DNA from: Octopus sinensis
Lineage: Eukaryota
NCBI RefSeq assembly: GCF_006345805.1
Contig: NC_042997.1
Span: 156,922,001 to 156,986,000, forward strand
Direction: 5' to 3'
Length of the DNA stretch: 64,000 bases
A model generated the notes under the pieces. It saw nothing but the letters and a program-made list of their open reading frames with translations, was not told where the DNA came from and did not search any database. The translations under genes and the position numbers were made by a program. Below, piece by piece: positions 25,152 through 39,486 of the stretch (the first letter of the stretch is position 1; each line of letters opens with the position of its first letter).

Positions 25152-25933
25152 GAGGGAATATTATTCCAAACTTACAGGGAAAAATTCAATTTAGAAATAC
25201 TAAATCAAATTTCACAAAATATAATATATATATATATAAATTAGAAAAAATTGACTTGAGGCTATAGTAGAAGACACTTGCCCAAGGTGCCACACAATAG
25301 GACTGAACCTGAAATCATGTGTTTGGAAAGCAAACTTCTTACCCCATAGCCACACCTGCACCTATATATATATATATAGGTGGGTGTGTGTGTGTGTGTG
25401 TATACACACACACACTCATATAGATAGTGCCTCTTTTATATTATGTAGTAAACATTGACTAAAGACAAAATATTTTGAGTATATAATTTATTTTAGCTGG
25501 AACATGTCTGTGAGTGTGTATGTATTTATATTTACCTAGTCTCAGAAACACACACACATGTATATATTTGTTTATGTGTACATAATCATGTATGCACAAA
25601 GTTATCAGAGAATATTTTGTTTTTCTTACATTTCATATAAACATCCTTCTTGACACAAAGAGCTGCAAAGAGGTTATGTTATGGACCTAACCAAATTTAA
25701 TACCATCTACCTCAAAAAAAAAAAAGAAAAAAAGAAAAAGATCGTAAAACATACAAACCAAACACCGAAAAATATGATATTAATGATCAATGATGATTAC
25801 AGGCAGAAAAGGGCTGGTTGTGATTATGATGCTGCTGATAACAAAGTTAACATCCTCTAAATAATTCACAGAAACAATGTCTGCAATTCAGTTTTCAAAT
25901 GGATACATAGATATCTTCCTATAAGACCACCAG

Positions 25934-25964
<31 letters not shown>

Positions 25965-27137
25965 TATAGTAGCTATAGCAACCTCACATCACTACTATTG
26001 TCATCATGAATTTTATGTCCATTTTTCCATACTAGCATAGGTTTGATGAGTTACCACAGACTGAGTCTGTTCTTATTCAGAATTACTGCCCTTTTAATCT
26101 GATTGTAGATCCTATTAACCTTTCATGTCTATTTTTATGGCATTTTTTTTATATAGCTAGTTGCCCTTCTTATCATCAGCTGTTTTACAGAATACACTAG
26201 ATGCCTTTTATCATAGCACTGGCACCTACTGAGCAGTGCAAACCACATCAGTATGGGAAACAGATGTAAAGTGATGATATGTGAATATCATATTATTTTT
26301 GACATCCATTCTTTCCAATGTAGACTGCTGAGGCAAATTTTCTACAGTTGGATACTCTTTCTGCTGACAACCCTCAGCTGTTTCCAAGCAAGACAAGACC
26401 TGTTTTTATGGAAGATTGGAAATGAACTACACTGCTTACAGAACAGTGACACTTATTTACAACTATGATGATGCCAAGGCCAGGAGACACAAATATACAC
26501 ATACTTTCACTCATATATACATGTCTGTCTGTTGTCCGTCAGTATATCTGTCTATATATACACATACGCACACTTAAATGCTTCTTTCAGTTTCCATCTA
26601 CCAAACCCAATTACAAGACTTTGGTTGGCCAGGAGTGGTGTAGGAGAAACACTTGCCTGAGGTTCTGTACATGGGGATTGAACCCAAAACCATGTGGCTG
26701 GTAAGTGGACCTAAAACCACACAGCCATGCCTACACCAATGCATATATTTGTAACTATACATACACACACACACGCGTGGTTTATGCAAATCATATTAAT
26801 GTATTCATGTGGGTAGCAGGCACGTTATTCAATTGAAAAACAATAGTGTTAACAAAAGCAAAAACAAAACAAAAATTAAAATCTATTAGAACAAGCTGCC
26901 ATTATTATTATTATTATCATTATTATTATTATTATTATTATTATTGTACCAATTACCTTCTTGTGAATGTCAAGATCTTTAGTAAATATAGTTGTAAATG
27001 TCTGATGTCAACCTGGATAGAAATCTGTGATGACCTCAACAGAATTCCATGATCAATATGGAATTGGTTGAGGCGGTGACTAATGAAGAAAGCATAGCCC
27101 CTCTAACTCTATTGTTAATCCAATAATACAAATATAT

Positions 27138-27248
<111 letters not shown>

Positions 27249-28860
27249 AGAGAGCAGCAGCAGCAGTAGCTGCAGGCCAACAAATCAAACATTTTGGCTA
27301 GCCACCCATTCCCTGAACCAGCTATCCGATAGTCCTACCATGCTGATAGTCAACCAAATTATCACCCAGTAAACTATTCACATAATCCATCAACCGTATA
27401 CACAATATGCTGACTAAACCATTCAACTAACAAAACAATTACACATATGCCGTTGTCTGAAGTGAATGAAGCTTTCTGCTTTTGCAGATGTTAACAGGAT
27501 ATGTTCCGTAGTCTAACAGCATATGATGGCAGCAACAGAATCGCTTTTACATTTGTTCACTTGATCAATTATTGTTGCGAACCTAGCAATTTACTCAACA
27601 TTCATTTATCTCTCAACTGCTCCATATGGGGAAAATTTTAAAAATGTCTTTGGTGAGAAACAACTCCGCTAAGTCTCATATTAATAATATCTTAGGTGAC
27701 AATTAGGAAACATACTTGAAAGTTCCAATGTAATGGATCAAGACCATTATTAGAAATGTCCCTGAAAGCCAGATGCAAGACTTAGTTCACGAAGCAAAGA
27801 AACATGTGGAAATTATGTGATAGAGGTGTAGGGAATTAATAAAATGAATTAAATAAAAGCAGTAATAAAACGCCTTGTATTTAAATGATGTACTTACAAG
27901 AGATAGTGAAGCGGGCAGTGATAGAATCATGGTTCCAGAATCTATGATTGCCAACATGAGAACCTCAATGTGGTTGCTTGATCTGCTAGAAAAAACAGCC
28001 AAGTCTAGCTCAAATCACACTTAACTATCTTCAATAAAGATATGATTCATTAGTTAGTGTATAAATAACCCTAAAAATGTTGTCTTGGGGGCCATACAAC
28101 AAACAGTATATGATTGTCTTAGAATACAGTCTCATCCAACTTTGGAACGATATTGCTGCTTGTTAATGTATTTTGGAAAATAAATAAGTTCCACTGTGTA
28201 GCACCTTGGGCAAGTGTCTTCTACTTTAGTCTTGGGCTAACCAAAGTGTTGGGAGCAGATATGGAAGACAGAAACTGAAAAGAAGCCCATCACATATATA
28301 TATATATATATATATATAATGTTTTTTTTCTGTCTTTGTGTTTGTCCCCCACTACTGCTTGACAACCACTGTTGGTTTGTTTACATCCTAGGAACTTGGT
28401 GCCTTGGCAAATGAGACTGATAGAATAAGTACCAGGCTTAAAAATAAGTACCGGCAGTGCCCCAGCGTGGCTGCAGTCCAATGACTGAAACAAGTAAAAG
28501 ATAAAAGATACATACTCAACACAAATATTTTTTAAGAGTTTGGAATGGAATTGTCTCAAAGAAGCATTTGGAAAGAGTGTAAAATATACATAGTACCTAA
28601 AGGCTGTGGTGGAGTTAACATAGACAGTAAAGAAGAGATAAGCTTATACATTTACTATTTACTTTTGTCCCTCACAAAACAGAGTTCAAAGTCCAATCTT
28701 TTTTGTAACTCACTGAGAATGGATTGTCAGAATTTTTTAAATGCTGGAGGACGTGTTTTACCATTTATGACTCATGTTTTAAGCTTAAATTCTACCAAGA
28801 TCAACCTTGTTTTTCATCCTCCCAGGGATGTAAAGTACCAGTCATATATTGGGATTCAAT

Positions 28861-29082
28861 CCTTTAGCATTTAAGATTACTCTGTCAAGTGTAATGCTTA
28901 TCTATTCACACTGTTTTGAATTAGTCATCCATTCTCTTGTAGCTTTGAAATTTTGATGATGTGATTGTATATTTTTAGAATGACATTGTAGGCTAGGTGC
29001 GAGAGGCTAGACCTGGTCAGGCCTCTCACTAAAACAATTTGGAAAATATAGGGCACATATAGCTGGTTTAAATGCTAAAGTG
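28861..29082. mobile_element. TTAA-type MITE copy (opposite orientation)
   Basis: CCTTTAGCATT...AATGCTAAAGTG|TTAA. Confidence 0.7.
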
Positions 29083-30240
29083 TTAATGTAATATTACTAT
29101 AGAGTCTCCTATATGTGAATGGGATTATGATACAAGATAAAAAAACTCTCAAGGTCAATGATATAAACATTGAGAATATACTGGTTGGGTTGATTCAGTC
29201 GACTGGCCCTTTTCCTCCAAAATTTATGCCAATTCAGAAAAATATCCCTATGTCTATCATGAGTATTAAAAAGAAAAAACAAAAAATTATGGTTACTACT
29301 TTGGGGATAATTATAAAAATATCACAAAATAGCAATGGGTTATCAGAAACCTGGTTTTGATTCACATAGGTACTTGAAATATTAAGCAGGATGTATATAA
29401 GGAAGGAAAAACTTTATTGTATTCATTTCCTTTTGGATACTATTAAACATAACATTTCACCACAAAAATAAATAAATAAAAATAATAAAATATATATACA
29501 TGGAAATAGATAAAATGAAAGGAAATGGGTAAAACCAGGGATGTGTTTTAACTGAGAAGAGATACTTAAGACACATTGATGTTCCTTGTTTCAAGTAGAT
29601 ATCATGATAAAAGAAAACGAATATTTAACTCAAAATTAAATTAGAATTAGTTTTTTATCTGCTTTCCTTTCTTTATTTCTTAACAGACTTCTTTTGGAAG
29701 ATTATTTTAGATTAACCTTACACTGAGAACAATTCTCTAAGCTGGCATGTTCCTTTAATTAAGTACTAATTCTAACAACTTTAGAGCCTCTTTGCTACAA
29801 ATTTAATTATAACCGTTTTTCAGCTGGTTTTCTTATTCTAGAAGAGCAAGGCTTTTACAGGCTCTACCCCCATTCTCTAATAACTAACTGGTTGTGCCAA
29901 ATCTGGAACGAGCAGACAAGGAACTCTTTTTTTATTTTTCTCCTTTCGCTTCCTGTTTGTTTCACCCCACCCTTCACTAATCTTACCCCCTTCCCTTATG
30001 TCTACCTATTGCAAAGGGAGGGGTATAACGAGAAGATATATATATATATATACATATATATGTATGCATGCACACGCGTGTGTGTGTGTATGTGTATAAA
30101 CATATGTATGTCTATACATATGTATGTGTAAATGTGCAGATATGTATATGTGTATGTGTGTACGTGTGCATATGTGTAAGTACATATTTACATGTGTATG
30201 TGTGAGCATGTAAATATGTATGTATATATGTATATATATA

Positions 30241-30281
<41 letters not shown>

Positions 30282-30287
30282 TTATAA

Positions 30288-30319
<32 letters not shown>

Positions 30320-31549
30320 ATACATTTATACATACACACACATAGATATATTCATAGATGTGTATACACATATATATAAAGGTCAGTTATAAGGTCTTTA
30401 TAACTATTAGATTGCAATATCCCAGAATTCCATGTTATTACAGTTCTCAGCCTAATCCAAAATACAGCAACCAAGCTGTTGATTCCTTTAGCAGCTGTTT
30501 TCTCTCAGCAGTAAATTTATCTACAATGCTTTGATTTAGAGAGCTGCTTGATTTAACCCTTCCATATTCAATGAAAATGATTGAAAGAAATATCTAATAT
30601 ATCTTAGATTTCTTTTTGTTTTTATATTATTTTCCATAATTGTTATTTGCCATTGTAGAATGTCTTGGATGGGTTAACAGATTTGGATATTAACAGAATC
30701 TGTTGCTAGTTAGCTTTAGGTTAACTGTAATTGAAGAAACCTATGGTTAAAGACATTCCAGCATTGAAAGAAATCCATATAACTAGGACAACATTATTCT
30801 ATGATAGGAAGTAGGTTTAGTTGCTATTTCTTGCAGATTAACAAACCTCATAAAGATTAGCTTGTGGTAGGATCTGTTTAGAGCACAGTGAGTTCATCAT
30901 GAAATTATTAATGATAATGGTATCTATTTTTAGTTGTGTGGGCTAATGTGCTTAACTAGGGAGCAAAAAGAACTCTTAATCTATTAAAATTTCATATAAT
31001 CTCTAAAATGCTAGGTTAGTTTATACGCCGCAACTGCCATTTAATGCCCCTTTTCCATGCTGGCATGAGTTGGACAGTTTGACAGGAGCTGGCAAGCCAG
31101 AGGACTGCACCAAGCTCCACTGTCTATTTTGGCATGATTTTTATGGCCAGATGCCCTTCCTAATGCCAACCCCTTTTCTAGATGAACTGGGTGTTTTACA
31201 CATGGCACCAGCTTTGGCAAGGTTTGTTTTGGCATGGTTTTTACGTCTGGATGCCCTTCCCAATGCCAACCACTTTACAGAGAGGACTGGGTGCTTTTTA
31301 CATGGTACCGACACCAGCACCAGTGAGGTGGCACCAGCACTGGCAAGAACTATGTTCAGCTGAGTGAAGTTACCAAACAGTTTCATATAAGATCAGGCTT
31401 CCCTAAGTAAAAAGCATGACCAAACAATTGTCAGATATGATTGAGTGATTAACTAGTAAAGTATATCCCGAACTAATTTTACTAATATATTTAAATCATG
31501 CCTATACTCTATATTGAGTGCATTCTTTTAAAAACTAAACAGAAATATA

Positions 31550-31958
31550 GGCGTAGGAGTGGCTGTGTGGTAAGTAGCTTGCTTACCAACCACATGGTCC
31601 TGGGTTCAGTCCTACTGCGTGGCACCTTGGGCAAGTGTCTTCTACTATAGCCTCGGGCCGACCAAAGCCTTGTGAGTGGATTTGGTAGATGGAAACTGAA
31701 AGAAGCCCATTGTATATATATATATATATAATATATATATATATATGCATGTGTGTGTATATGTTTGTCTCCCCAACATTGATTGACAACCGATGCTGGT
31801 GTGTTTATGTCCCTGTACTTAGCGGTTCAGCAAAACAGACAGACAGAATAAGTACTAGGCTTACAAAGAATAAGTCCTGAGGTCAATTTGATCAACTAGA
31901 AGTGGTGCTCCAGCATGGCAGCAGTCAAATGACTGAAACAAGTAAAAGAGTAAAAGAG
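31550..31958 (+). mobile_element. SINE family A copy
   Basis: Homologous to the other family A copies. Confidence 0.9.
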
Positions 31959-32668
31959 TATAGAGTATCTGTATTAAGGAGTTGGTATGAGTTTTGATAG
32001 GTTTCGAGACAACTGCATGCATGTTTGAATCTTATTAGGTCTCCTTAGTGAAGCACAGTTCACATGTAAACTACTGAACATTAAAATGACTTTGATAAGA
32101 CGTAGTTTTTCTCTGTAAATTATTCATTAATAAAGCAATTTAAAATAATAATATGGGGAAATTTCCCCTGGGTGCTTTCACAAACATATTATTTTCACAT
32201 AAAAGCTATAATCTCGCAAATTTATTCTAAGTTAGGCTGAGGCCTCAGAAAACCAAAACATTTCTGACGCTCTCATTATAACTCCAAGAATTAGCAGAAT
32301 CATTGCAGTGATTTGTAAAATGCTTTGCAATATAAATTCTGGGTTATAAGGCAGTGAGGTGGAAGAATTGTAAGCACACCGGGTAAAATGCTTAGCAACA
32401 TTTTGTTTGTCTTTATGTTCTGAGTTCAAATACCGCTGAGGTCGACTTTGTCTTTCATCCTTTCTGGATCGATAAACTAGGTACTAGTTGAACATGAGGG
32501 GGGGGGGTAATAAACTTACCCCACTCCCCACCATGAACTTGCTGACCATGTGCCAAAATTTGAAACCAACATTAATTCTGGGTAATACAGTTCTATATCT
32601 AAGAGATGAGGAATTATGTACATTATTTACATTCGATGGATATTTGTCCTCATCTTTTTTGTTGTTAA

Positions 32669-32712
32669 CACAACGTTTCAGCTGATATACCCTCCAGCCT
32701 TCTTCAGGTGTC
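32669..32712 (-). ncRNA. Candidate minimal type-I hammerhead ribozyme motif (gene-sense strand)
   Basis: GACAC-CTGAAGA-A-GGCTG(GAGGGTATAT)CAGCT-GAAA-CGT-T-GTGTT: palindromic helix III ACGU, helix I GACAC/GTGTT. Confidence 0.55.
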
Positions 32713-33011
32713 TTGATAGATATTTGTAAAGAAGAATACCTTAGGAATGAGAACCCAGGTTTGAAATTTCCCCAAGACACCTGAAGAAGGCTGGAGGCTA
32801 TATCAGCCGAAACGTGTTAACAACAAACAAGATGAGGACAAATATCCGTTGAATGTAAATAATGTATTAATTATGGGCTTAAGGCAGTGAGCTGGAAAAA
32901 TCTTTAGCATGTATAGCAGCATTTCATCTGTCTTTACATTCTGGGTTCAAATTCCGCCAAGGATGACTTTACCTTTCATCCTTTTGGGGTTGATGAATTA
33001 AGTACCAATAC

Positions 33012-33410
33012 AGTAGAAGTGGCTGTGTGGTAAGTAGCTTACTTACGAACCACATAGTTCTGGATTCAGTCTCACTGCATGGTACCTTGGGTAAGAGTCT
33101 TCTACTACAGCCTCAGGCCAACCAAAGCCTTGTGAGTGGATTTGGTAGACGGAAACTGAAAGAAGCCTGTCGTATATATGTATGTATATATATATATATA
33201 TGTATGTGTGTGTCTGTGTTTGTCCCCCCAACATCGCTTGACAACCAATGCTGGTATGTTTGTGTCCCTGTAACTTAGCGGTTCGGCAAAAGAGACCGAT
33301 AGAATAAGTACTAGGCTTACAAAGAATAAGTACTGGGGTCAATTTATTTGACTAAAGGCAGTGCTCCAGTATGGTCACAGTCAAATGATTGAAACAAGTA
33401 AAAGAGTAAA
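33012..33410 (+). mobile_element. SINE family A copy nested in a family B SINE
   Basis: Family B sequence breaks at aagtacc (~33006) and resumes at agtacc-ggggttgatg (~33410). Confidence 0.82.
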
Positions 33411-34862
33411 GTACCGGGGTTGATGTGATTGATTTGCTCCTTCCTCAAAATTACTAGCTTTGTACCAAAATTCAAAACCAATATTAATTCTGGGCTGTAA
33501 AGCAGTGAGCTGTCATAATCGTTAGTATGTTGGGTAAAATGCATAGTGGTATTTCATCCATTTTTACATTCTGAGTTCAAATGCTGCCAGGGTTGACCTT
33601 CTCTTCATCTTTATGGGGCCAATAAAATGGGTACCAGTTGAGCACTGGGGTTGATCTAATCAACTAAGCCCCACCTTCGAACTTGCTGGCCTTGTGTAAA
33701 AAATTTGAAACCATTATTACTATATTTTCACTTGTATAAGGAACTCCTTTTTGTCAAGTAGTATCCGTATCTTCGGGGAGGCTGATCTCCCTTTGCAGGC
33801 TGGCAAGGACACCGAGATGGTGTTGGCCCTTCTGGTGACGTCAATGATCGCCTGGGGCTAAATGCATCAGTAACACCCCCACCACCATGCCCTGTCCCTA
33901 GCCACATTCAGATGGCTGATCCCCCTTATGTTATGGGATAATATTATAATCCCTTACAAAACCTTTTTTCCAAATTTTAAGCCTCCAAAATTAGGGGGTT
34001 CCTTTAAGCCCCTAAAATTAGGGGGTTCCTTATATGTTAAAATACGGTAATTTTGGGCTCTTACTGAGTTCAAAATCTCATTGAGATCAATTTTTGCCTT
34101 CCATATTTTTGGGGGGTCGATGAAATAAAATACTAGTCAGGAACAGGAATTGATTTAATTGACTAACCCTCATCCCCTCTTGAATTTGTGACCTCATGCC
34201 TATGTCAGAAGCTCTCGGTGTTGTTGTTGTTGTTGTTTTGTAATGGTACACAGACAATGAGTGTGCTCTCTTCCCCCACCACCCCAGACATAGATAACCT
34301 CCCCCAACCCTACGGGGTGGGGGAATACATCCTCTGACAAAGTGTAGAACAGGAAGGCACTGGCAAGAGTGATGGTAGAGGGGTTAGATAATTTGACCAT
34401 TGTATGTACCATTTAGTATAAGTCTCCCTTAGGAAGAGGAAATTATTGCTGATACCATACTGCTAATAGATTGTTGATGGCGGTGGTGGCAGTGGTGGGG
34501 GTGTGTGGTGGTGATGGTGGCACAACCAAATTTGGTGATAATAGTAAAGGAGGTGGTTCAGTAACGTTGTTGTCATCCTCTCCACCACCATCATCGCCCC
34601 AACCAATACAATTCAAATCGGCACCATTACCCTCCACCACCACCACCACCACCACCACCACCACCATCACCATCACCATCACCACACACACACTTCTGTT
34701 GATGTTAGCATCATTATCCTGACAACTCTTACATCATATTGTGGTTGGTCCCATTATTATTGTATTTGTAACTGTCACCACCACCACCACCATCACCGCC
34801 ACCATTAAAATCTAGTCTATTGACATGATGACTAAAGATATTGTAATCAATATCTCTTCCAT

Positions 34863-34901
<39 letters not shown>

Positions 34902-35045
34902 CACTACTACTACTGCAGCTGCTACCACCGTCGCCCTCATGAACCCAACTTCTAAACACAAACACATGTGTGTGTGTGTGTGTGTGTCTGTGTGCATGTG
35001 CATGTATGTGTGTCTGTGTGTGCATGTGCATGTATGTGTGTGTGT

Positions 35046-35232
35046 CGTCATCATCATCATTGTTTAACATCCGTTTTCCATGCTGGCATGGGTTGGATGG
35101 TTCGACCGTGGTCTGGGAAGCCAGGAGGCTGCCCCAGGCTCCAGTCTGATCTGGCAGTGTTTCTACAGCTGGATACCCTTCCTAATGCCAACCACTCTGT
35201 GAGTGTAGTAGGTGCTTTTTACGTGCCACAGG
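35046..35232 (-). mobile_element. RTE 3'-tail fragment
   Basis: Same conserved tail (ggatacccttcctaatgccaaccactc...gtagtaggtgctttttacgtgccac). Confidence 0.8.
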
Positions 35233-35478
35233 CACAGGGACCAGAGGTATTATTCTTTAACAAGAATATCATTGATGGTGACTTCAAAGTTTGTGGCCAG
35301 ATAAACTATCGTCAGACAGTCCGATGATGGCTTAGCTGGCCAAAACTTCAGAGTCACTGTCAATACTATTTCTGTTAAAAATTGATAAATTTGTACCCTA
35401 CCAAATATATTGAGCAATTCTTCAATTTAATGTAAAACTGTTTTTATTATAGCATAAAAGCAAACAATATATATATAC

Positions 35479-35695
35479 TACTCTTTTACTTGTTTCAGTC
35501 ATTTGACTATGGCCATGCTGGAGCACCGCCTTTAGTTGAGCAAATCGACCCCAGAACTTATTCTTTGTAAGCCTAATACTTATTCTATTGGTCTCTTTTG
35601 CCGAACCGCTAAGTTCCGGGATCGTAAACACACCAGCATCAGTTGTCAAATGATGTTGGGGGGACAAACACAGACACACAAACATACACACACAG

Positions 35696-35728
<33 letters not shown>

Positions 35729-35899
35729 CATATATACGACGGGCTTCCTTCAGTTTCCGTCTCACAAATCCACTCACAAGGCTTTGGTTGGCCCGAGGCT
35801 ATAGGAGAAGACACTTGCCTAAGATGCCACATAATGGGACTGAACCCGGAACCATGTGGTTGGTAAGCAAGCTACTTATCACACAGCCACTCCTACGCC
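35479..35899 (-). mobile_element. SINE family A copy
   Basis: Reverse-complement homology to family A. Confidence 0.9.
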
Positions 35900-35901
35900 T
35901 A

Positions 35902-35934
<33 letters not shown>

Positions 35935-38814
35935 GTTTGGTAAAATAGAAAGATGAATAATCTTGTTGCAGATTAATCAAAAGTTTAACCGATACCTTGG
36001 TAGCAAAAATCACGGCGGAAGAAAGCACGGTTGGAGATAAAACCTTTTGGTGTTGCAACCGTGCGTTGGTGCGGATAATTGAATTTTAGTATTATTAGTG
36101 AATTGAAGAAATGGAGTTGAATGAAGATTGAACAGAATTCCTTTTATTGCATTCTACACATGTTTCAAAAGCCACAATTTTCCAAATTCTGATTAAATAA
36201 GGATCCCATATTGTGGCTTTCTCTTCAGGAAAAAAATATGGGAATTCCGTTGGCAGAACAAAACAGAACAGAGGCGCAGCAAAGCAATTTGAACAAAGCG
36301 GCTCTTTAAGAGCCCATGGGTGAACTGATTATCAATGTACGTTGAAATCGGGTGGTGGGTGCGTTGAAGATATTTTGTTAACAAAACTGTCCGACAAACA
36401 GGAACGTAAAACTCTGTGCAACAGCTTTTGTTATATTTCTGCTGCTTTTAAATAAAGCATATTACTCTATCTCTGGTATTTGAGCACTCTTTTTTCCACC
36501 TTGTTTCACATTTATGTGCTTACTCCGGTATACATACATATATATATATATATGTATGTATATATGTATGTATACCAGAGTAAGCACATTAATGTGAAAC
36601 AAGGTGGAAAAAAGAATGCTCAAATACCAGAGGTAGAGTAATATATACATACATATATACATATATATATATACATACATACATACATACATACATACAT
36701 ACATAAATACATATATATACACACACACATACATATATAGGTACAGGATGTCACCAACAGTAAACAACATGAATTAAGAAAACAAGTGAGTTCAATATGC
36801 AAACAACATGAGAAACAAATGGAAAACAAGACAAGTAACGCAAAGAACAACCCTTCATCAGTTGTCAGCTGTCTATCTACTCCTCATTTCAAGCATTGAA
36901 CAATAATACGAGTCTTCGAAGACAGTTGCTCCCATAAGTACCAAAATAAAATTCTGGATTTATGGAGGGTCAAAGCTGGGAGCAAAAACAGGACAGTGGA
37001 GACATACAAGGAAACTGAATGAAAACAAACATGAAGGGTCCAAGAGCTGAGTTCCAAGGAAACTAGCGTAGGTCTATGGAGAAAAATATCAGATCAGTAC
37101 AAGTTCACAAAACTTAATACATGAACTGACTTGCTGTGAAGCTGCTTTAATGTCCCCAACACTTATCCCCAATACCAATTACCAGCTAAGAAGGCCACTA
37201 TGTGGTCACTTCACATGCTAGAAATAACAACCATGAGACCAACAAATCTCACTACCCCATCTGTTTTGAAAGGGAGGGGTTACACTGGATGATGATTTGT
37301 TGGATACACTTCACAGACAAGATACATATTAAGTTACACTATAAGATGGATTTGTCATGGATGGATTCTTCTTGATCACCACTGACAGCAGCAACAGCAC
37401 CACCACTACTCACAAAAGTCTGTAGGTCTTTTTTTTTTTTGCAGTGTTTCATCACACCATCTCCTTTTCCATCCCATATAGAGTGAAGTGAACCTGTATT
37501 AGAGAGTACAAGAGAGAGAGGGGGAGAGAGAGAAGCAGGGGGTATTATTGGTAGTGACTTACACCAATAGAAAATTTCCTGATAAAGAAAGAGACTTCAT
37601 CAGTTATTTTCTACCAATTCCAAATCCTCTTCCTCACTCCCTACCCAACCCACATAACTCCCCCCACTCACTCCTTACTCACTCACCCATCTCGTACCTT
37701 CCATACACCACCCCTACCATCACTGCCAACACATTCCCTCTTCAATCACACATACACACACCAATACTTAAATACATAACTACTACTACTACTACCACCA
37801 CCACTACATACTACTACTACCATTACTACTACTACTACCATTACTACTACTACTACTACTAATACTACTACCACCACCACCACCACTACATACTACTACT
37901 GCTACTACTACTACATCCTCACCAGCAACAGCACAACCAGCATCATACCACCACCATCATCACCGATACCAAAGACAATACACCCGCTCCCTTATGACAA
38001 TAGCAATACTGACATAACACTGGCCCCTCCAGCTATCACCATACCTTTCCCTTACCATCACCACCACCACCACCACCACCATTCTAGCAAGAACAACAAC
38101 AGCAGCAGCAAACAATACCACAACAACTATAATGAGAAGGAACCATAGATGTAACCTCTACACACAACCTATCAGCTTAGTAAAAGAACAGGACACATTG
38201 GATAATGTAGTCTTAGATAAACTGTGCCTGAGAAAAAGAAAAACACAAAAAAAATAAATTGGAATGATCATAGGTTTGTTTGATCAATTTCGGCCATGGG
38301 CTAAACATCAACAAAGCAACAGTACATCATCATGACTGTTAATAGTGTCATCTCCACCACCACATTCAATAAGAACAACAGGAGCCTATGAAACCCTTGT
38401 TGGCGAGCTAGAAATAGCAGCTAAATCTCCCTCCAAAGAACACCCTGCAGTTTTAAAAATAAGACACGTATAGTAATGTTGTCTAGGGTACATTGTACCT
38501 CGAAAAACAGTGGGATGGTAATGATGGAATGCCTTTGACCATAGGTCTGCTTGATCAAAGCTGACAAGGAGCTAAAAACAAGAGCAACAACAACAATCAA
38601 AGCACATCTATACAGTCACCTGACCTGCTAGATATAGCAGCCAAACTACTTTCAAATTTCATTCTACAAGTTCACCTTCAAACCACCAACATTACTACCA
38701 ACATCACCAGCATCAACATCGAACCAATATATAAAAGCCCCTACATTGTTACTAGACTTGGTAAAAATAGTAGCTAAATCTCTTTTGAACTATATGTATC
38801 CTACTCCATATCTT

Positions 38815-39172
38815 TTATCTTTTTCTTGTTTCAGTCATTAGACTGTGGACACGCTGGGTCACTGTCTTGAACAACTTTTAGTTGAATGAATCAATCCCAG
38901 TATTTTGTATTTTTATTTTAAGTGTGATACTTATACTAATGATCTCTTTGTCAAACCAACCAACATCAGTTGTCAAATGATGGTGGAGGACAAACACACA
39001 CACCATATAGGACAGGCTTCTTTCAGTTTCCATCGATCAAATCCACTCATAAGACTTTGGTTGGGCTGAGGCTATAGTAGAAGACACTTGCCCAAGGTGC
39101 CATGCAGTGGGACTGAAACCAGAACCATGTGGTTGGGAAGCCAACTTCTTACCACACAGCCGTGTCTGCACC
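38815..39172 (-). mobile_element. SINE family A copy (older)
   Basis: Reverse-complement homology, more diverged. Confidence 0.8.
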
Positions 39173-39262
39173 TATATCTGGGATAATACAGTGTGCAGCA
39201 TACTATTTTTGGAAATAAATTGAGGTGGCTGGTGGAGATGGGCATGGTTTGATTGCCTTTAA

Positions 39263-39486
39263 GGCGGCAAGCTGGCAGAAACGTTAGTGCGCCGGGCGAA
39301 ATGCTTTGTGGTATTTTGTCTGCCGTTATGTTCTGAGTTCAAATTCCACCAATGTCGACTTTGCCTTTCATCCTTTCAGGGTCGATTAAATAAGTACGTA
39401 CTGGGGTCGATATAATCGACTTAATAGATTTGTCTGTTCTTGTTGGTCCTCTCTATGTTTAGCCCCTTGTGGGTAGTAAAGGAATA
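39263..39486 (+). mobile_element. tRNA-derived SINE family B
   Basis: GGCGGCAAGCTGGCAGAAACGTTAG head, B-box GAGTTCAAATTCC, central GCCTTTCATCCTTTC.GGGTCGAT..ATAAGTAC domain. Confidence 0.88.

Noticed and set aside
29115-29360. 81-aa ORF and an overlapping frame (TGWVDSVDWPFSSKIYANSEKYPY)
   Set aside because: No recognisable family, stops nearby and no splice context.
33836-33846. Palindromic CRE site TGACGTCA in a GC-richer patch
   Set aside because: A single 8-mer is expected by chance in 64 kb, and the patch seems to lie inside a MITE-like relic ending in AAAATACGGTA.
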